DNA from: Malacoraja senta
Taxonomy: Eukaryota
Assembly (NCBI GenBank): GCA_038087875.1
Contig: CM075982.1
Span: forward strand, 55,428,001 to 55,492,000
DNA length: 64,000 bases
Reading direction: 5' to 3'
Shown here piece by piece: positions 25,430 through 38,641 of the stretch. How positions within the stretch are numbered: position 1 is the first letter of the stretch; the number at the start of each line of letters is the position of its first letter. The notes under the pieces were generated by a model, which was given only the letters and a program-made list of their open reading frames with translations, ran no database searches and was not told the origin of the DNA. The translations under genes were made by a program, and so were the position numbers.

Positions 25430-27449
25430 TATTAAAGGGACAGATTTGATTTTTGCTCTCATTGCAATCCGTGGAATCAGTGGCTCCATAACTTCTAGTC
25501 TTTGCAGCTAATTTGTACAAGAAATGTTACACAATCAATCCCCAATCACACAATGCTTCTGCAAATGTTATAATTTACAGTGTTATGCAATTAAACAAAT
25601 GGAAGACGGAAACTTTGTCCATTGTAAACAATAATTGAATATGGAATTTTCTTAGCTCTAATTAATCAACTCCAAAGAACTCTTATTTACTGGCGAAGGC
25701 AGAGCATTAGTAGAACCAAAGGACTTGATGCTCCTTTTCACAAATATTCACAAATGGATAAAGCTAGGATTTTAAAATTTCTCTCTGAACCTTCTGTTAG
25801 AACAGTCATTCACTCCACATCAACGGGAAGCTATTCAGCAGACAAAATGGTTGATTAGCTGCTTGAGATGTGTTAACACATCATTATGGCTTTTATGCTG
25901 CAGCCCACTTTATTAGTCCTAATTTTCTTACTGAATTGCACACATTAAAAATATAGATTCAATGGGGGATGAATATTTGTGATTCATTTCATTATATTTT
26001 GTTGCAATTTCATGGTAAACTATTTTTTCAAATATCCTTCTGGGGTGAGGAATGTCGGCAGATGAATCGGCCCAGAATGATTCCATCGCGTCAGTATAGA
26101 GCTTCATTCCTCCCATGTTGTGCAAATCGCATCTGTATTTCCACGATGATGCCACAAATAGCAAATCATCATCTTGCGTACTTCAGTACATATACAGCAG
26201 CTGATTAAACACAGTCTTGATGAGCATCTTGAAAGAGGCTCTCACCCTGTCTACTACACTTTATACGGATATGTGATGTTTAGTGATCAGAAAACAGATT
26301 CCATAGCCTTAAATTACATATTTTAATTACATATTCATTCATTTTGATATTCGGATCCTTCTTGTCAAGTAACTGCCAAATCATATATTTCTCTTAAACC
26401 GATTGCTGCTGTAAACATTAAAAAGAGATATGTACATCAGAAATGTCAAATGTATTTGAATTTGAATGAAATTATATGTGAGACTCCCTTCTAAGACTCT
26501 CTCCAAACCTAAACATTTGGAGAAAACTGTTCAGAGAAACCAGAAACCATTCATTTTCCCACTGAAAATATGGTGTATAGCGAGGCTTATTTGACATGTC
26601 ATAATATTTAACATTTTGACAGCACCTTCTTGTGTACCATTCTTCCTGATCGGCATATTTTCTTTCAGCAGCAAGTTAAAGAAAAATAAGTCCAGGGAAC
26701 CATCATGTCACTTCCATCGTATTTTTTAGCCTTTTTATCCAGAAGAAAATATATCGTCTTGTCTCACTCATTCCGCATTCTGTGCCTAATGTTTCATTGT
26801 ACTGGCCGCGTTGCTGTCACCTTTCCTGCATGGTTGAGATTACCGTAATGATGATTTCATGGCTGTGACCTGTGAAAGAGCTTTGTGCTTATCTGCATGA
26901 TCCCAGCCACCGGTGCTGCTGCATATCAGCAGAAACCAAATGGCCTTACCTCCCTCCAACATTTTATTATTTATCAACGTGTCATTATAAAACTGGGGCC
27001 AGTACTAAGAATTTAATAATTGCAAAGTGATACAATTTATCTTGGAAATACTGAATTGAGCATTGCTAACATGATACCCGTAACAATCCAGTTGCTTTCA
27101 ATTCTCATTTATAACACTGCATTCCCTCACTGTAACTGTCTCAGACACACAATACTGCTATATTGTTTTTTGTCATTGGATACTGAAGCTACAAACGTCC
27201 TTGCTTCAGTTGCACTTTGTGATATACACAAGACTGCATGGCTTCACTGCAAGACTGCATGGCTCCAACAATAGTGATGCATTCAGCTTTGATGATCTAA
27301 AAACAAGTTGACAAGTGGTATAATCTTGCTTTATTTCTCTCGATCTTCTTCTGCTTACTAGTGATATCCGTGCTCCAGCTGCCCTAGCTACACTCCAGCT
27401 AAATTATGTTTATTTCTCTGCTTTTCCCCCTCCAGATCAAGGTTAGAAT

Positions 27450-27860
27450 CATTTTGTAAAACACAAAATGGCTCCATCGGTCCACCAAGCATGACAACAT
27501 TTTTGCCCATCCACACTAATCCCATTTGCTTGCATTTGGTGCTAATCCTTCTATGGGTTGCTTTCTTAAGTGCCCCTCTTAAATGAGTGATTGTATCTGA
27601 CTCCACCACCTCCGCCGGCAGTAAGTTCCAGATATCAACCTCTCTCTGTGTAAAAAACCCACGTTATCTTCAAATCCCATTTAAAACCCCTCCTCCTAAC
27701 TTAAACCCATGCCTTTTTAGTTTTGATGCACATAACACGAAGAAGCGATCCTGATTATATATCCTACCAGCACCCTTTGGGTAAAAAAAGTTGTCCCTCT
27801 GGTTTCTTTAAATCTATCCACCTTCACCTTAAACCTATGTCCTCTGGTTCTTGATCTGTA
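27450..27860 (-). mobile_element. Old CR1 3' fragments
   Basis: SRTRGHRFKVK..RFK...FFTQRV and VVESDTIT on the minus strand. Confidence 0.65.
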
Positions 27861-28037
27861 GCTCCAGTATTGTGAATTTGACATGGTTGCATCACTACTG
27901 TCGATGCCCACCTCTAATCCCACAGATATTACTCTTCAATTGCTTCTCCTCAGCCGCCACTCTCCCAATATTTCCCACAGTTGTTCATTCTTATCAGTTT
28001 CCCCACAAATGTCATTGACTGTCTACGTTCAACAGAG

Positions 28038-28249
28038 TGTGTAGGAAGGAACTGCAGATGCTGGTTTACACTGAAGATAGACACAAAATGCTGGAGTAAC
28101 TCAACAGGTCAGGCAGCATCTCTGGAAAAAAGGAATAGGTGATGTTTCAAGTCGGAACCCTTCTTCAGACTGATAGTCTGAAGTCTGAAGTCAGCAGTCT
28201 GAAGATGCTGCCTGACCCGCTGAGTTACTCCAGCATTTTGCGGTCTACT
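28038..28249. mobile_element. Penelope-derived foldback element
   Basis: Tailed left arm, stuttered centre (GTCTGAA three times), truncated right arm, and a 10-bp TSD TTCAACAGAG at 28028-28037 and 28250-28259. Confidence 0.85.
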
Positions 28250-28518
28250 TTCAACAGAGCACACTTTCCACTTGTTTCTCTATACCTGTTATTCTGTTCC
28301 CTACTGCAGTCACTCTCCACCTGTTTATCAACTGCTCCAGGCCCCCACCTGCTCACCCACAGCTCTCACCAGCTGTATCCCACACCTATCACTGCTGGCT
28401 CTCTACATCTGTCAGTCTCCATCTGTTCTCCACAGCTGAACCTGTTGTGTGGTACATCATTGTTCCCGTACCTATTGGCAAACTTTCAGTCTCTACCTGT
28501 TTCCCCACACCTGTCACT

Positions 28519-28600
28519 GTCCATCCGTCCATCCGTCCATCCGTCCGTCCGTCCGTCCGTCTCTGTCTCTCTCTCTCTTTCTCCTTCTCTTTCTCTCTTT
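28519..28600 (+). repeat. (CCRT)n and (CT)n microsatellites
   Basis: GTCCATCCGTCC... followed by a CT-rich tract. Confidence 0.9.
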
Positions 28601-29811
28601 CCACTGCTCTCACATTAGGCCCTTAGCAGCCTACAGATTCTGACTAGAGCAAAAGTGACATATATCTGTGGCCCTTTTATTGTTTATTTTACTTTGTTCT
28701 GAGTAGCACAAGTATGCAACAGCTTCCTATATTTTCTGTGGGGCCATTGGAGTCATACTCACTCTTCAATCACCTCACTGCCTGCTTGGTCATCCAGGAG
28801 AATGTTGGGGAGCAGTGTTGGGCAGCAAGGGATTCTGGTGGGCAGTACTAATCAACTTTGCAAACCAAAATTGAATTGAATACTTTATTGTCACATGTGA
28901 TAAGTCACGGTGAAATTCTTTACTTGCATCCCCAAGATATGCAAATAGTCGCCATGGAAGGGGTGCTGACAAAGTTACAAAGTAGCCAGGCACCCTTAAT
29001 TATTCTGGCTGAAAAATTAACAGAAGATTTGGGAAAAAGTAGCAGAATGCAGTAATGAGTTAAATAGGCAGCATCCACGTGTCCAGATAATTGCTAGGAA
29101 ATAAAGAAGTTAAGAATTATATGCAATAATCAACTAATCATATTCATTTATTCATGCCTATTAATTGACACTCAGATTCCAGATTAAATCAATACTCAAG
29201 AAGTTGGCTCTGATTTTGCAGGGAAACCCCTGCAGTTTTGAGCAGTTCTGACGGTCGAGCTGGGGTGGGACTTAGTTTCTATCATCCAAGATTGACTCCT
29301 ACGATCAATGTATTTGAGGCACAGGCTATATTGAGAATGATTTAATAATGTCAACCTGGCCCAGTAATAGTAATATACTTATAAACATCCTTTAAAGCAG
29401 TAAACATTTTCTGTTTGGTGTGCGGAATCAGGCTCAGATATTCTAGCACACACGTCATAAAATAGAAAATGTCTTGCACTAGAAACCTGTGATAAAAAGC
29501 CTTTTACAATGATTTCTTGTTATACCACACAGTGGGAAGTGCAGGTAAAGTGACTTGTAGACTGGGCTAGGAGTGAAGAGGGTGTTGAGAGAGATAGTCA
29601 AGGGAATACTGAGGAGTGCGAGGGAGGGAATATGGTTCATTGAGGGCCATTGTCAGGGTGAATTAACCTAAATGTAAACCTCATAAACCTATAATTTGGG
29701 CATTATCAATTTTACTTTCCTCAGGTTACAAATAATTTCCATGATCTCCTCATTTCAAGTATTAAGGGTTTCCCTTGATGCCCTTCCAGTGAACATATAC
29801 ATAGATTACAA

Positions 29812-29968
29812 ATTCCCCCCTCCCCCCGCCCGACATCAGTCTGAAGAAGGGAATCGACCCGAAACGTCGCCTATTCCTGCTCTCCATAGATGCTGCCTCA
29901 CCCGCTGAGTTTCTCCAGCATTTTTTATCTACCTTTGTGTTTCCAGCAGCTGCAGTTCTTTTTAAACA
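29812..29968 (+). mobile_element. Single Penelope-derived arm with tail and hammerhead core (29841-29868)
   Basis: CTGAAGAAGGGAATCGACCCGAAACGTC...GCTGCAGTTCTTTTTAAACA. Confidence 0.8.
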
Positions 29969-30869
29969 ATAGATATTATATCGCTTTTTACCTCACAGTT
30001 CCCTTGGGTTTCTAATACTTGTTTTTTTCTTCTTACTTCTTACCCCTAGCTGTGTTTTGCCTCTTCTGTGATCATTTTCAAATGCCCGACAAGCTCTTTG
30101 TACATCAAACATGTGGCTGTGTTGGCCTTAATTCTCTTGTGCTTACATAACCTAAAGAACTCCTGGGATAAAAAATCCAGTGACCTAAATAATTGCCTAC
30201 CATGTTCAGATATAGAGACATAAGTTGGTTGACACCATCAGGCATGACACTCCTTAAATTAGCGACCTTGTTATCACACCGTCTCCTTATGTGTACAGAG
30301 CAGTGGATGTGAAGCTGACCTATGTTTGCCTCTCACTGCTGTTGAACACTTAATTGGTTTGAGAGTTCCCTTTCAACCCACAGAGAGCAGTCAAAAATCT
30401 CACCATGCTATCCACAATCAGCAGCAATGTTTGCTCATGAAGCAGAAATTCGTATTGTTCTTTCTATCCAAGTACAACTTCAATCAATGCACACTACTTT
30501 TCCTCATCCTTAATCATTGAATACAAGGAATACACTTCCATCTGCATCCTGTTTTAATATGCTGTATCATACAACTCTTCTTAAAAATGTTCACCTTAAC
30601 TCCCGATTCCATTGTGCGTATGTACCAAGAGCATATTGTGCCGTTAGGGTTATTCAGCAAACCGATTAAAAATACAGTTATTTTGCAGCACATCTAGATT
30701 ATTCATTGGTCAAGTCTGGTATTTTCATAGAAAACTTCCAGCATCAAGTCATTGTATTGATTTCACCATCCTTTTTTTTAATCATTTCTTTATTTTTGGA
30801 AATTTATTTGCTTCTTTGATGCTGCAAAATTCATTGATGTGTGCTGTGCTTATACTGTTAGAAATCTGT

Positions 30870-31050
30870 GATTGGTTTTGGACTGAACAAGATTGATGCT
30901 GAGAGGTTGTTTGCCCAGCCACAGAATATAAAACAAGGAGACATTGCCTAAGGGCAATGGATTCACATTTACCCGACTGAGATGAGAACTTTCTCCAAGC
31001 AGAGGGATGCAAATGTGAACTTGTCTACGCAGAGATCAGTGGATGCTTAG
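30870..31050 (+). mobile_element. Old CR1 fragment
   Basis: KIDAERLF...KTRRH.LR...RNFLQ, a decayed ORF2 C-terminus. Confidence 0.5.
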
Positions 31051-31386
31051 TTTTCATATTTTTCTCATGTTATCTCGCGGCAGGGAAGGAGTGCAGGACT
31101 CTATCCACGTTACTGGAGTTGTGAGGCACTAGTACGGTGGACCGCTTCACTGTGCTGACTAGTTGTTGAGGATGTTCAGAACTATTCATATTGTGTGTGT
31201 GGGATTGTTCTAACTTTCCCCCTATGACAAACAAGGCCCGTGACTGCACAGGGCCTTGTCATACAGGAGTTGGTCGCCACCTGACAGCAAATCAATGATG
31301 TAAAATATAAGTATGTACATACTAGTAGGTCAGAAGCAAACATGCAACCACCATCCTTGGCGGCAGGTTCTGACCCATTTCGGTTA

Positions 31387-31586
31387 CATAGAAACATAGA
31401 AACGTTGGCCATTCGTCCCTTCGAGCCAGCACCGCCAATCTATATGATCATGGCTGATCATGCAGAATCAGTTCCCCATTCCTGCTTTCTCCCCTTATCC
31501 CTTGATTCTGTCAGCCCTAAGAGCTATATCTAACTCTCTCTTGAATACATCCAGTGAATTGGCCTTCACTGCCTTCTGTGGCAGAT
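31387..31586 (-). mobile_element. CR1 3'UTR fragment
   Basis: (CATAGAAA)2 tail, then GGCCATTCG.CCCTTCGAGCCAGCACCGCC. Confidence 0.8.
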
Positions 31587-31926
31587 AATTATATTGGCAG
31601 AAATATTTCAGAAATATTAACAATAATATCACATTTTGGGTTAATTGGTTGCAATGGCTTTAAACAGAGGTCCATCAGCAATTATGGACTAATAAAAAAA
31701 AACAATCTGCAGTGTCAGGCAGCATCCGTGGAGGGAAATGGAAGATGCCTTTTGGATCAGGGTCCTTCAGGTCTTCAGGTCAGTTTTTTAGTTTTTAGTT
31801 TTTTATTTAACATGAGGTGTTTTCATCAAAAGACTATTTATGGAAAGTAACACCAGAAGATTACTATTTGGATTACTTAGATGCTTGGGAAAAAATAAAA
31901 TTTGAATTATTTCAGGCTTTCACTCA

Positions 31927-32197
31927 GTTTAGTTTAGAGATACAGCACGGAAACAGGCCCTTCGGCCCACCGAGTCCGCACCGACCAGCAATCCCCGCAC
32001 ACTAACACTATCCTACGCGCACTAGGGACAATTTACACATACACCATGCCAATTAACCTACAAACCTGTACGTCTTTGGCGTGTGGGAGGAAACTGAAGG
32101 TCTCGGAGAAAATCTACGGGGTACAAACTCCGTACAGACAGCACCCGTAGTCGGGATCGAACCCGGGTCACTGGCACTGCAAGGCTGTAAGGCAGCC
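31927..32197 (-). mobile_element. HE1-type tRNA-derived V-SINE
   Basis: (TTTAG)n tail, CR1-like 3' end, and antisense B box GGATCGAACCC. Confidence 0.85.
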
Positions 32198-32562
32198 TTC
32201 TTCACATTGTCTTTTACAACAAAACAAAATAACTGATACAGATTATTTGTTCAAATGAAATAACCATTTGTTTTTATTTTCCTAGTTATCAGAATCTGAC
32301 TATTGTTCTACTTTGTCATAACCTAATGATTCACCAGTTTGATACAATGTGCCTCTCAAGGGTAGAAGATTGCCAAAAAATCATTGCGACGTTAAAATCT
32401 CGACTCATCACCAAAGAGCACCGATGAGAAATCCAGATAGAAAATGACAAAAGACTCAGTGACTCCTAAATCGATCATGAATTTGTCAGCTGCAAAGAAA
32501 TTACTACTGCACTGTTAAATGTTTCCCAGGAGTGAATTAAGAAACCAACACCGATTAATGAA

Positions 32563-32625
32563 GTGTTAAAGAAGGAACTGCAGATGCTGGAAAATCGAAG
32601 GTACACAAAAATTTTGTGTACCACA
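32563..32625. mobile_element. Collapsed 63-bp Penelope-derived foldback
   Basis: 37-nt tail plus perfect hairpin GGTACACAAAA-A-TTTTGTGTACC (32600-32622), with a 10-bp TSD GATTAATGAA at 32553-32562 and 32626-32635. Confidence 0.85.
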
Positions 32626-33191
32626 GATTAATGAATCTCCACAGTTGTCAGACTTATCTAGTGTGGCCACTCGCTCTGGAGACTCCTCCCCCACCCCCCC
32701 CCCCCCGCGCACAGTCTAACACTTCCTTTTTGGCAATATAAAGACTGGGTCTTTATTGTATCGCTGCATGGAAAATTCATTTCACTGTACCTTAGTTGGT
32801 GCATGTAACGAATACATTTGTATTGTATTGTATTGTGGATACAATTCAGTCCTGCAGCAAAGTGTGCTTGCAGGTTCTTTCAAATAGTTTCCTTCTGAAA
32901 AGAGTTCAAAGCAGGTTTTTGTGCTGCATTGAATGTAGTGATGCTCAATGCAGGGTAAGGTAGGGGATGTATTTGGAGTGATGGAGATTACTTGCATTGC
33001 TCTCGCATTTTATCATCACATGGCAATAGACAGGAAGAGGTTAACTATATTACAGTCTTCCTTCCTCCGTGTTGACTTACTTCATGACCTTTCCCTCCTC
33101 TTCCTCCTAAAAATCACATTCAGTGTAAAGATCCTAAAAAGGATGATTTGACCAAAGAATATTGACTAAAGAATATATTTGACCAATGAAT

Positions 33192-33496
33192 GGGGCAACA
33201 CGATGGGGCAGTGGTAGAGTTGATGCCACAGTGCCAGAGCCCTGAGTTCGATCCTGACTGCGGGTACTGTCTGTATGGAGTTTGTACATTCTCCTCGTGA
33301 TCTGCATGGGTTTTCTCTGGGATCTCTGATTTCGTCCCACACTCCAAATATGTACAGGTTTGTAGGCTAATTGGCTTGGTAAAAATTGTAAATTGTCCCT
33401 AATGTGTAGGATAGTGTTAGTGTGCAGGATCGCTGGGCGGCGCGAACTAGGTGGGCCCAACGGCCTGTTTCCTCACTGTATCTCTAAACTAAACTA
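33192..33496 (+). mobile_element. HE1-type V-SINE, full length
   Basis: A box TGGGGCAGTGG, B box GAGTTCGATCC, core GTTTGTACATTCTCC, and a (CTAAA)n tail. Confidence 0.85.
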
Positions 33497-33985
33497 GATA
33501 TTCTTGCTGGTAGACAGAGAATGTAAAATTTCAAATGGGTAAAAGTAGTAATGCCAGTTTCTTAAGTGGAACAGGATTGAAAGAACAGATCAGGATTTTA
33601 GATACGTCACAACCTGTCTATCAGAATAGCAGCGTTAGATTTTGCTAAATATCTGCTGGTGCTACAGGCCATGGATCTTACTAAAGGAGCTTTGCTTTCC
33701 TGAGGCAATCTGAGGATGTATGTCAGATAGGATCTAACTATAACAAGCTAGAATTAAAGACTCATGTCCTAACTAAGCTGCTATTCTTCAGCAGGGTAAC
33801 CAGTTACAGAAGCACATCAAAGCAGACACACGTACCTTTAAAACAATTTAAAAAATGCTAGTAACACTGAGCAGATGCAATATCTGTGGAGAGAGAAACC
33901 GATTCACCATTTATTTCCGTTATTTGATGTATGATTTTTCTGCATACCACATGAAACAGTCTTTCACTGTATCTCACTTCACATG

Positions 33986-34014
33986 ATAATAATAATAATA
34001 ATAATAATAATAAT
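33986..34014 (+). repeat. (AAT)n microsatellite at the tail of a short retroposon
   Basis: About nine AAT units following TTTCACTGTATCTC..CACATGAT. Confidence 0.85.
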
Positions 34015-37000
34015 CAAAAACTCGATGGTAACTCTTTAGTTTTACTATAGTTGTTGTCTTCAATGAGCAAAAAGGTCACGGGATTTCTATTTGAATAATA
34101 TCTTGATGAAAGATAAAACAGATATTTAGCACACATGAGTAGAATAGAATATGCCTTTTTTTTTTAATGTTTGGAACATATTCTTTAGATATTTCTGGTT
34201 TGAAATCCTCTGAATTGCATTGTTTTTTGTATTTAATGGGATAAATGTAGAACAAAGAACCTTTGAATTTTTTTTTCTGATTGATACATCCTCTTACATT
34301 CTATTACATTATTTGGCAAAATGTTTGAGAGATTATAATTATTCAAAATAACAGCTAAAAGCAACCACTCAACTTTCTGTATTTGTTGGATGCAACAAAC
34401 ACCCCACACATTAAAAGATGGGTTGGACATGTCGCAAATGCAAACCTTTCAAACATACTATTCAAGATTAGTGCTGTGGGTGCAGCTAAACTGCAGCAGT
34501 TGTAAACTGAGATCCATATTTGTGACGCTTCATTATTAACCACTGACCAACAACTGACATCTAGGTTGCACCTTGAAGCTATTGATACCCAATGCACCAT
34601 CCTCCAGGATTTGCAGAGGGATTATCTGATCTCAATCCAATCTTCCAACAATTTGATAGAAGAGCAACTGAAATCCCTCTGAAAAACTGGATTGAATAGT
34701 GATTTATGTTTAGATCTCTCGTTGATCTTTTACAGAAGCTGTGTCAATAAACTGGGTGAACTATCCTTAAAATGCAACAGCATTATTTCTTATATTTGTA
34801 GTACTGCTGAATTAATCACAGCGAATTCAACAATGTGACGCATTTCTACTTCTATCCAACTTTGTGTCTCTCCACACACCCTCGTTTCTTCTCAAATGTA
34901 TCCAAGCCAAAATTCTCCAGCTTCTGCTATTTTTCACCAGAAAGCTAAGGCAAATTGCTCCTCTTTAGGCATCTTAAACATTAGGATAAAAGCACTTGAC
35001 AGTCTGAGCAAGTTCAAAGTTAGTACTTCAAAGCTCGTGCAAGCAGATTAACAAAATGTCAACTTCTGGATTAGCCTCATCCCTGCACAATCTCAATATC
35101 TCTGCTTCATCTACTGATGCATACATGTCTCCTGATACATTTGAGGTTGCCACAAAGATTTTGGTACATGGTTGATGTAATCTCAAGGTCAGATAAATAC
35201 AACTTCTTTGCTGGGACATACTTCTGCATTTCTGACTGCTCAATAGATATACAGCATTATATTTATACAGTAGCCTGCACATAACAAAATTAAATTAATA
35301 TCAGACATAATATATCATCTTCTACATCAGCAATACTTGACACTATTTCCTGATGTTCAATATCTATAGTGTAGATATGCAAGGTAGTACAGCACAAAGT
35401 CCTGATAAATATGAAAGAATGCCAACCATGAAATGCATTGTGTTAACCTTCCAGCCCCTAAGAATTTGTCAGCATGTGTAACCTTTAAATTAGGCAGTTT
35501 TATGCTAATATGAGTTTAGAGGGAATTTCAAATTGCTGTAGCCATGTAACATTAAATAGCACTGGTTTTATTTGCAGTAAGGAGAAGACAAGTATTTAGT
35601 GGACGTGTGAACAACTGGCAGAAGGGGGCGGATTTTTCAATGGACATCTAATTTGCTGTTTGGTAATGAGAGACTGCCTGCTCCTGTTAGGTAGTTGTTA
35701 TGTCAACATAGGATGATGAATGTACACCATAAAGAGCTCTCTTGCAGCACTGGCAGCTTTGATTGTCTTATCAATACCAACTTTCTTTTACTAATGAAGT
35801 GGAAACCCACTAGGACAGAATTTCTATCCACACTGCCTGGAGTAAAAAAAGGGGAAAAATATGAAGGAAAATCAGCCAAAGTCCATTGTAGCCCTACACC
35901 CCAACACTATTTCCACTCATGCTATTCCCAGGCATGATCAGTAATTCTATAATTCTGTAAAACAGTAATTCTGGCATTTTGATCTCAAACAGAACAAATT
36001 TTTAATCAAACCTGTAACCAAATTTTCTTCAAAAGTGAAGTTGTTTAAATAATTTATGAAAGAGCAGTTAGTCAGGGAAATAGAGTAATTTTTGTTTTTT
36101 GTCATGGTGGAGTTGAGAGAAACAATTTGGAATCCATATTTTGGAAAGGTTTGTAATAACATTACAGTATTTACCTACTAATAATTAACTGTGGAGCTGC
36201 AGGGGAAAAGCAAAGGATTAGAATTAATTGGATGGTACTCTCAAACATGATCTTCCTGAGCTCAGTGGGCTGTGGCCTCTGTTTGTGCTGCAGTATTCAG
36301 GGATTCCACGATAACAATTAATATCTAGTTTTGAAAAGGGAATCGATATGGGAAGGGAGATTGCTACTTCCCTGACTACAAGGCAATGATGAGATACACT
36401 ATGCTAAACTGTTGATAGTCTCTGGCAAATATTTAAACCAAAAGATGAGCTAGTGCTTCAAACCACAGAGGTTGTCCTTTCCTGACAATTTACGTGCAAA
36501 GGTACTTTGTTGTATTGACAATGACACATGCTGAAGTGTCAGGGAATGGAGCCGGCCTTAGTGGGAGCTTGGTGACCGATTGCTGCTGCCAGTGAAGGCG
36601 GAGAGCCACTCAGAGTGAGGAAATGATAGATGCTAAACCTAATTTTAAATCAGATTAACTAAAATTCTACCAGGCAGCTGGTCAGTAGGCCATCAACACA
36701 TCTGATGGAGCCAAGCATTGGATTAACCTACACCTTTATAAACAAATCTGTGTCATTTGAAACGGTATGCAATTTAAATCTGCATTGGTGATTTTCTGAT
36801 GAAAACAATCTCAGAGGGACAACAGGCAGCACACATTAAGATTTGACCAGAAATACAATTGAGTTTGGCAAGCATTCGAATATCTCCCCTGGCACTGGGT
36901 AATCACAAAATCAGTTTATAATAATAAGATTGTTACACATTTAACAAGATTGTTCTACATTGTTTGGCATTAACTCATAGAAATTCACCCTTGGTCGATA

Positions 37001-37449
37001 ATGCTAATTGTGCTTTATAATAACAAATGACCTTGTGCCGCGATCCAAAAATGTCTTCGCACTAATTCAATTGATTTGGGTAAATGGGAGGAGATTTGAC
37101 AGATTTACTTCATGCAGACATGTTTGTACCAGAAATTAATAGAGATGATGTGTGTGGTAAAATACCAGGAATAGACGAGACAATTAAATTAAAGCATGGA
37201 TGGACATTATTCACTAAAATGTGATGTGATGCATGGAAAGTGATTTAAAAAATAACCCCGTTAGCCTTTACAACTAGGGACACAGAATTAAAAATGGTTT
37301 TGTTACATTTACAGAGAGACCTATTTAGATGATGCCAAAGTTATTACATACAGTGTTAGTGCAACATCTTTTCGAAAAAGATCTATTCCATTTGAAGAGC
37401 TGAGCAAATTCGTCAGAATGTCATCACACCTCCGATATTTTGTTTAGAT

Positions 37450-37835
37450 GAAGACATTGTATAAACTAAGCTTAATTGCCTAGAATATTGATAGTTGAAG
37501 GGTGATTTAATTGAGAGTTTCGGGATTCTGGAAGAGATTGAAGGGGTAGAAAATGAAAAGCTGTTCCTCAGAAGAGTACTCATGGTCAAGGGGACAAAAC
37601 ATTAAGATCAGAACCAAGCCCTTCAGTAGATGATGGGAATGGTTTTGTCACACAAACTTGGAACCCTCTCCTACAAAAATCACTTAATTTTACTAAATTT
37701 AAATTGAGCTTAGTTTTTTTTTCAGATCATTTTTTTAAAGACAAGGGCCCAAGATGAATTAATAATGCTAAAGTAAAAAATTAGTTATGATCACATTGGA
37801 TGGTGGAATAGGCTTGAGAGATTGAAAGGCCCAAT
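37450..37835 (+). mobile_element. Old CR1 3' fragment
   Basis: LKGDLIESF.IL...VENEKLF and 3'UTR GGTGGAATAGGCTTGAGAG..TGAAAGGCC. Confidence 0.6.
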
Positions 37836-38295
37836 CAATAATGGATGCACATATTAATGAATTAATTTATTAATTAATTAATGCCTAGACTAATGCCTAA
37901 TAATTAATCATTAATTAATGCTTAGCCCACTGATATATATTACTTTTTGATTCAGTGTTTTCCTATAAAATTGGAAGTGAATTTCCCTAGCAGATCAACA
38001 ATTAAAAAATATTTTCCAACCACATTTTGGGGAAAACTGGTAAATATAAAATCTAGAAATGTGACACCAACTATCTTTCATTGTTTTGATAGTGTTATTA
38101 AACAATTGTATGTGCTTATTTACTGAGCAGAGAATACATTGCAAATGAATGATAACTTGAGAGCAGCAATATGTTAACGGTAGACAAAAATGCTGGCGAA
38201 ACTCAGCGGGTGAGGCACCATCTATGGAGCGAAGGAATAGATGACGTTACAGGTCGAGACCCTTCTTCAGACTGATGTGGAGGTGGGGTGGGGGG

Positions 38296-38519
38296 TGTTA
38301 CATATGCTACATATTCATTGTAGCAGTCCCAACCTCCTGCACTACTTTGTATCAGGCACACTCACCACTCACACACACACTGTGATTAGGTATGTAAGCA
38401 CTTTCAGTATTACTACGCCACACAGACAAAAGGAGCTGAATAAAGGAGTACAATAAGGCAACTGAAACAACCTGAATTGTGTCGTTTATTATCAGGATAT
38501 CAAACACGAAGACACAACA
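38296..38519 (+). repeat. 5' LTR (224 bp)
   Basis: TGTTACATATG...GACACAACA; contains AATAAA; identical by eye to 43058-43281. Confidence 0.97.
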
Positions 38520-38533
38520 TGGTGGCAGCGGTG
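38520..38533 (+). promoter_or_regulatory. Primer binding site complementary to the tRNA-Leu 3' end
   Basis: TGGTGGCAGCGGTG is the reverse complement of CACCGCTGCCACCA, the 3' end of vertebrate tRNA-Leu(AAG/TAG) with CCA. Confidence 0.85.
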
Positions 38534-38641
38534 ACTTTCGAGTAAAAAAAAAAACCGCGCTATTGTGAATCGCTATTGGGAATTAGGAACAGCGGCTGCA
38601 GAGAAATTGATTTTTTTTGTGCACCCGCCTAATAACACAAG

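Noticed and set aside
33192-33265. tRNA gene
   Set aside because: The A and B boxes belong to the tRNA-derived head of an HE1 SINE; there is no full cloverleaf.
34340-35290. Faint resemblance to an ancient hAT transposase on the minus strand (PCTKIFVATSNVSGDMY, RSDNPL)
   Set aside because: Motif matches are too weak and broken by stops; a translated HMM search would be needed.
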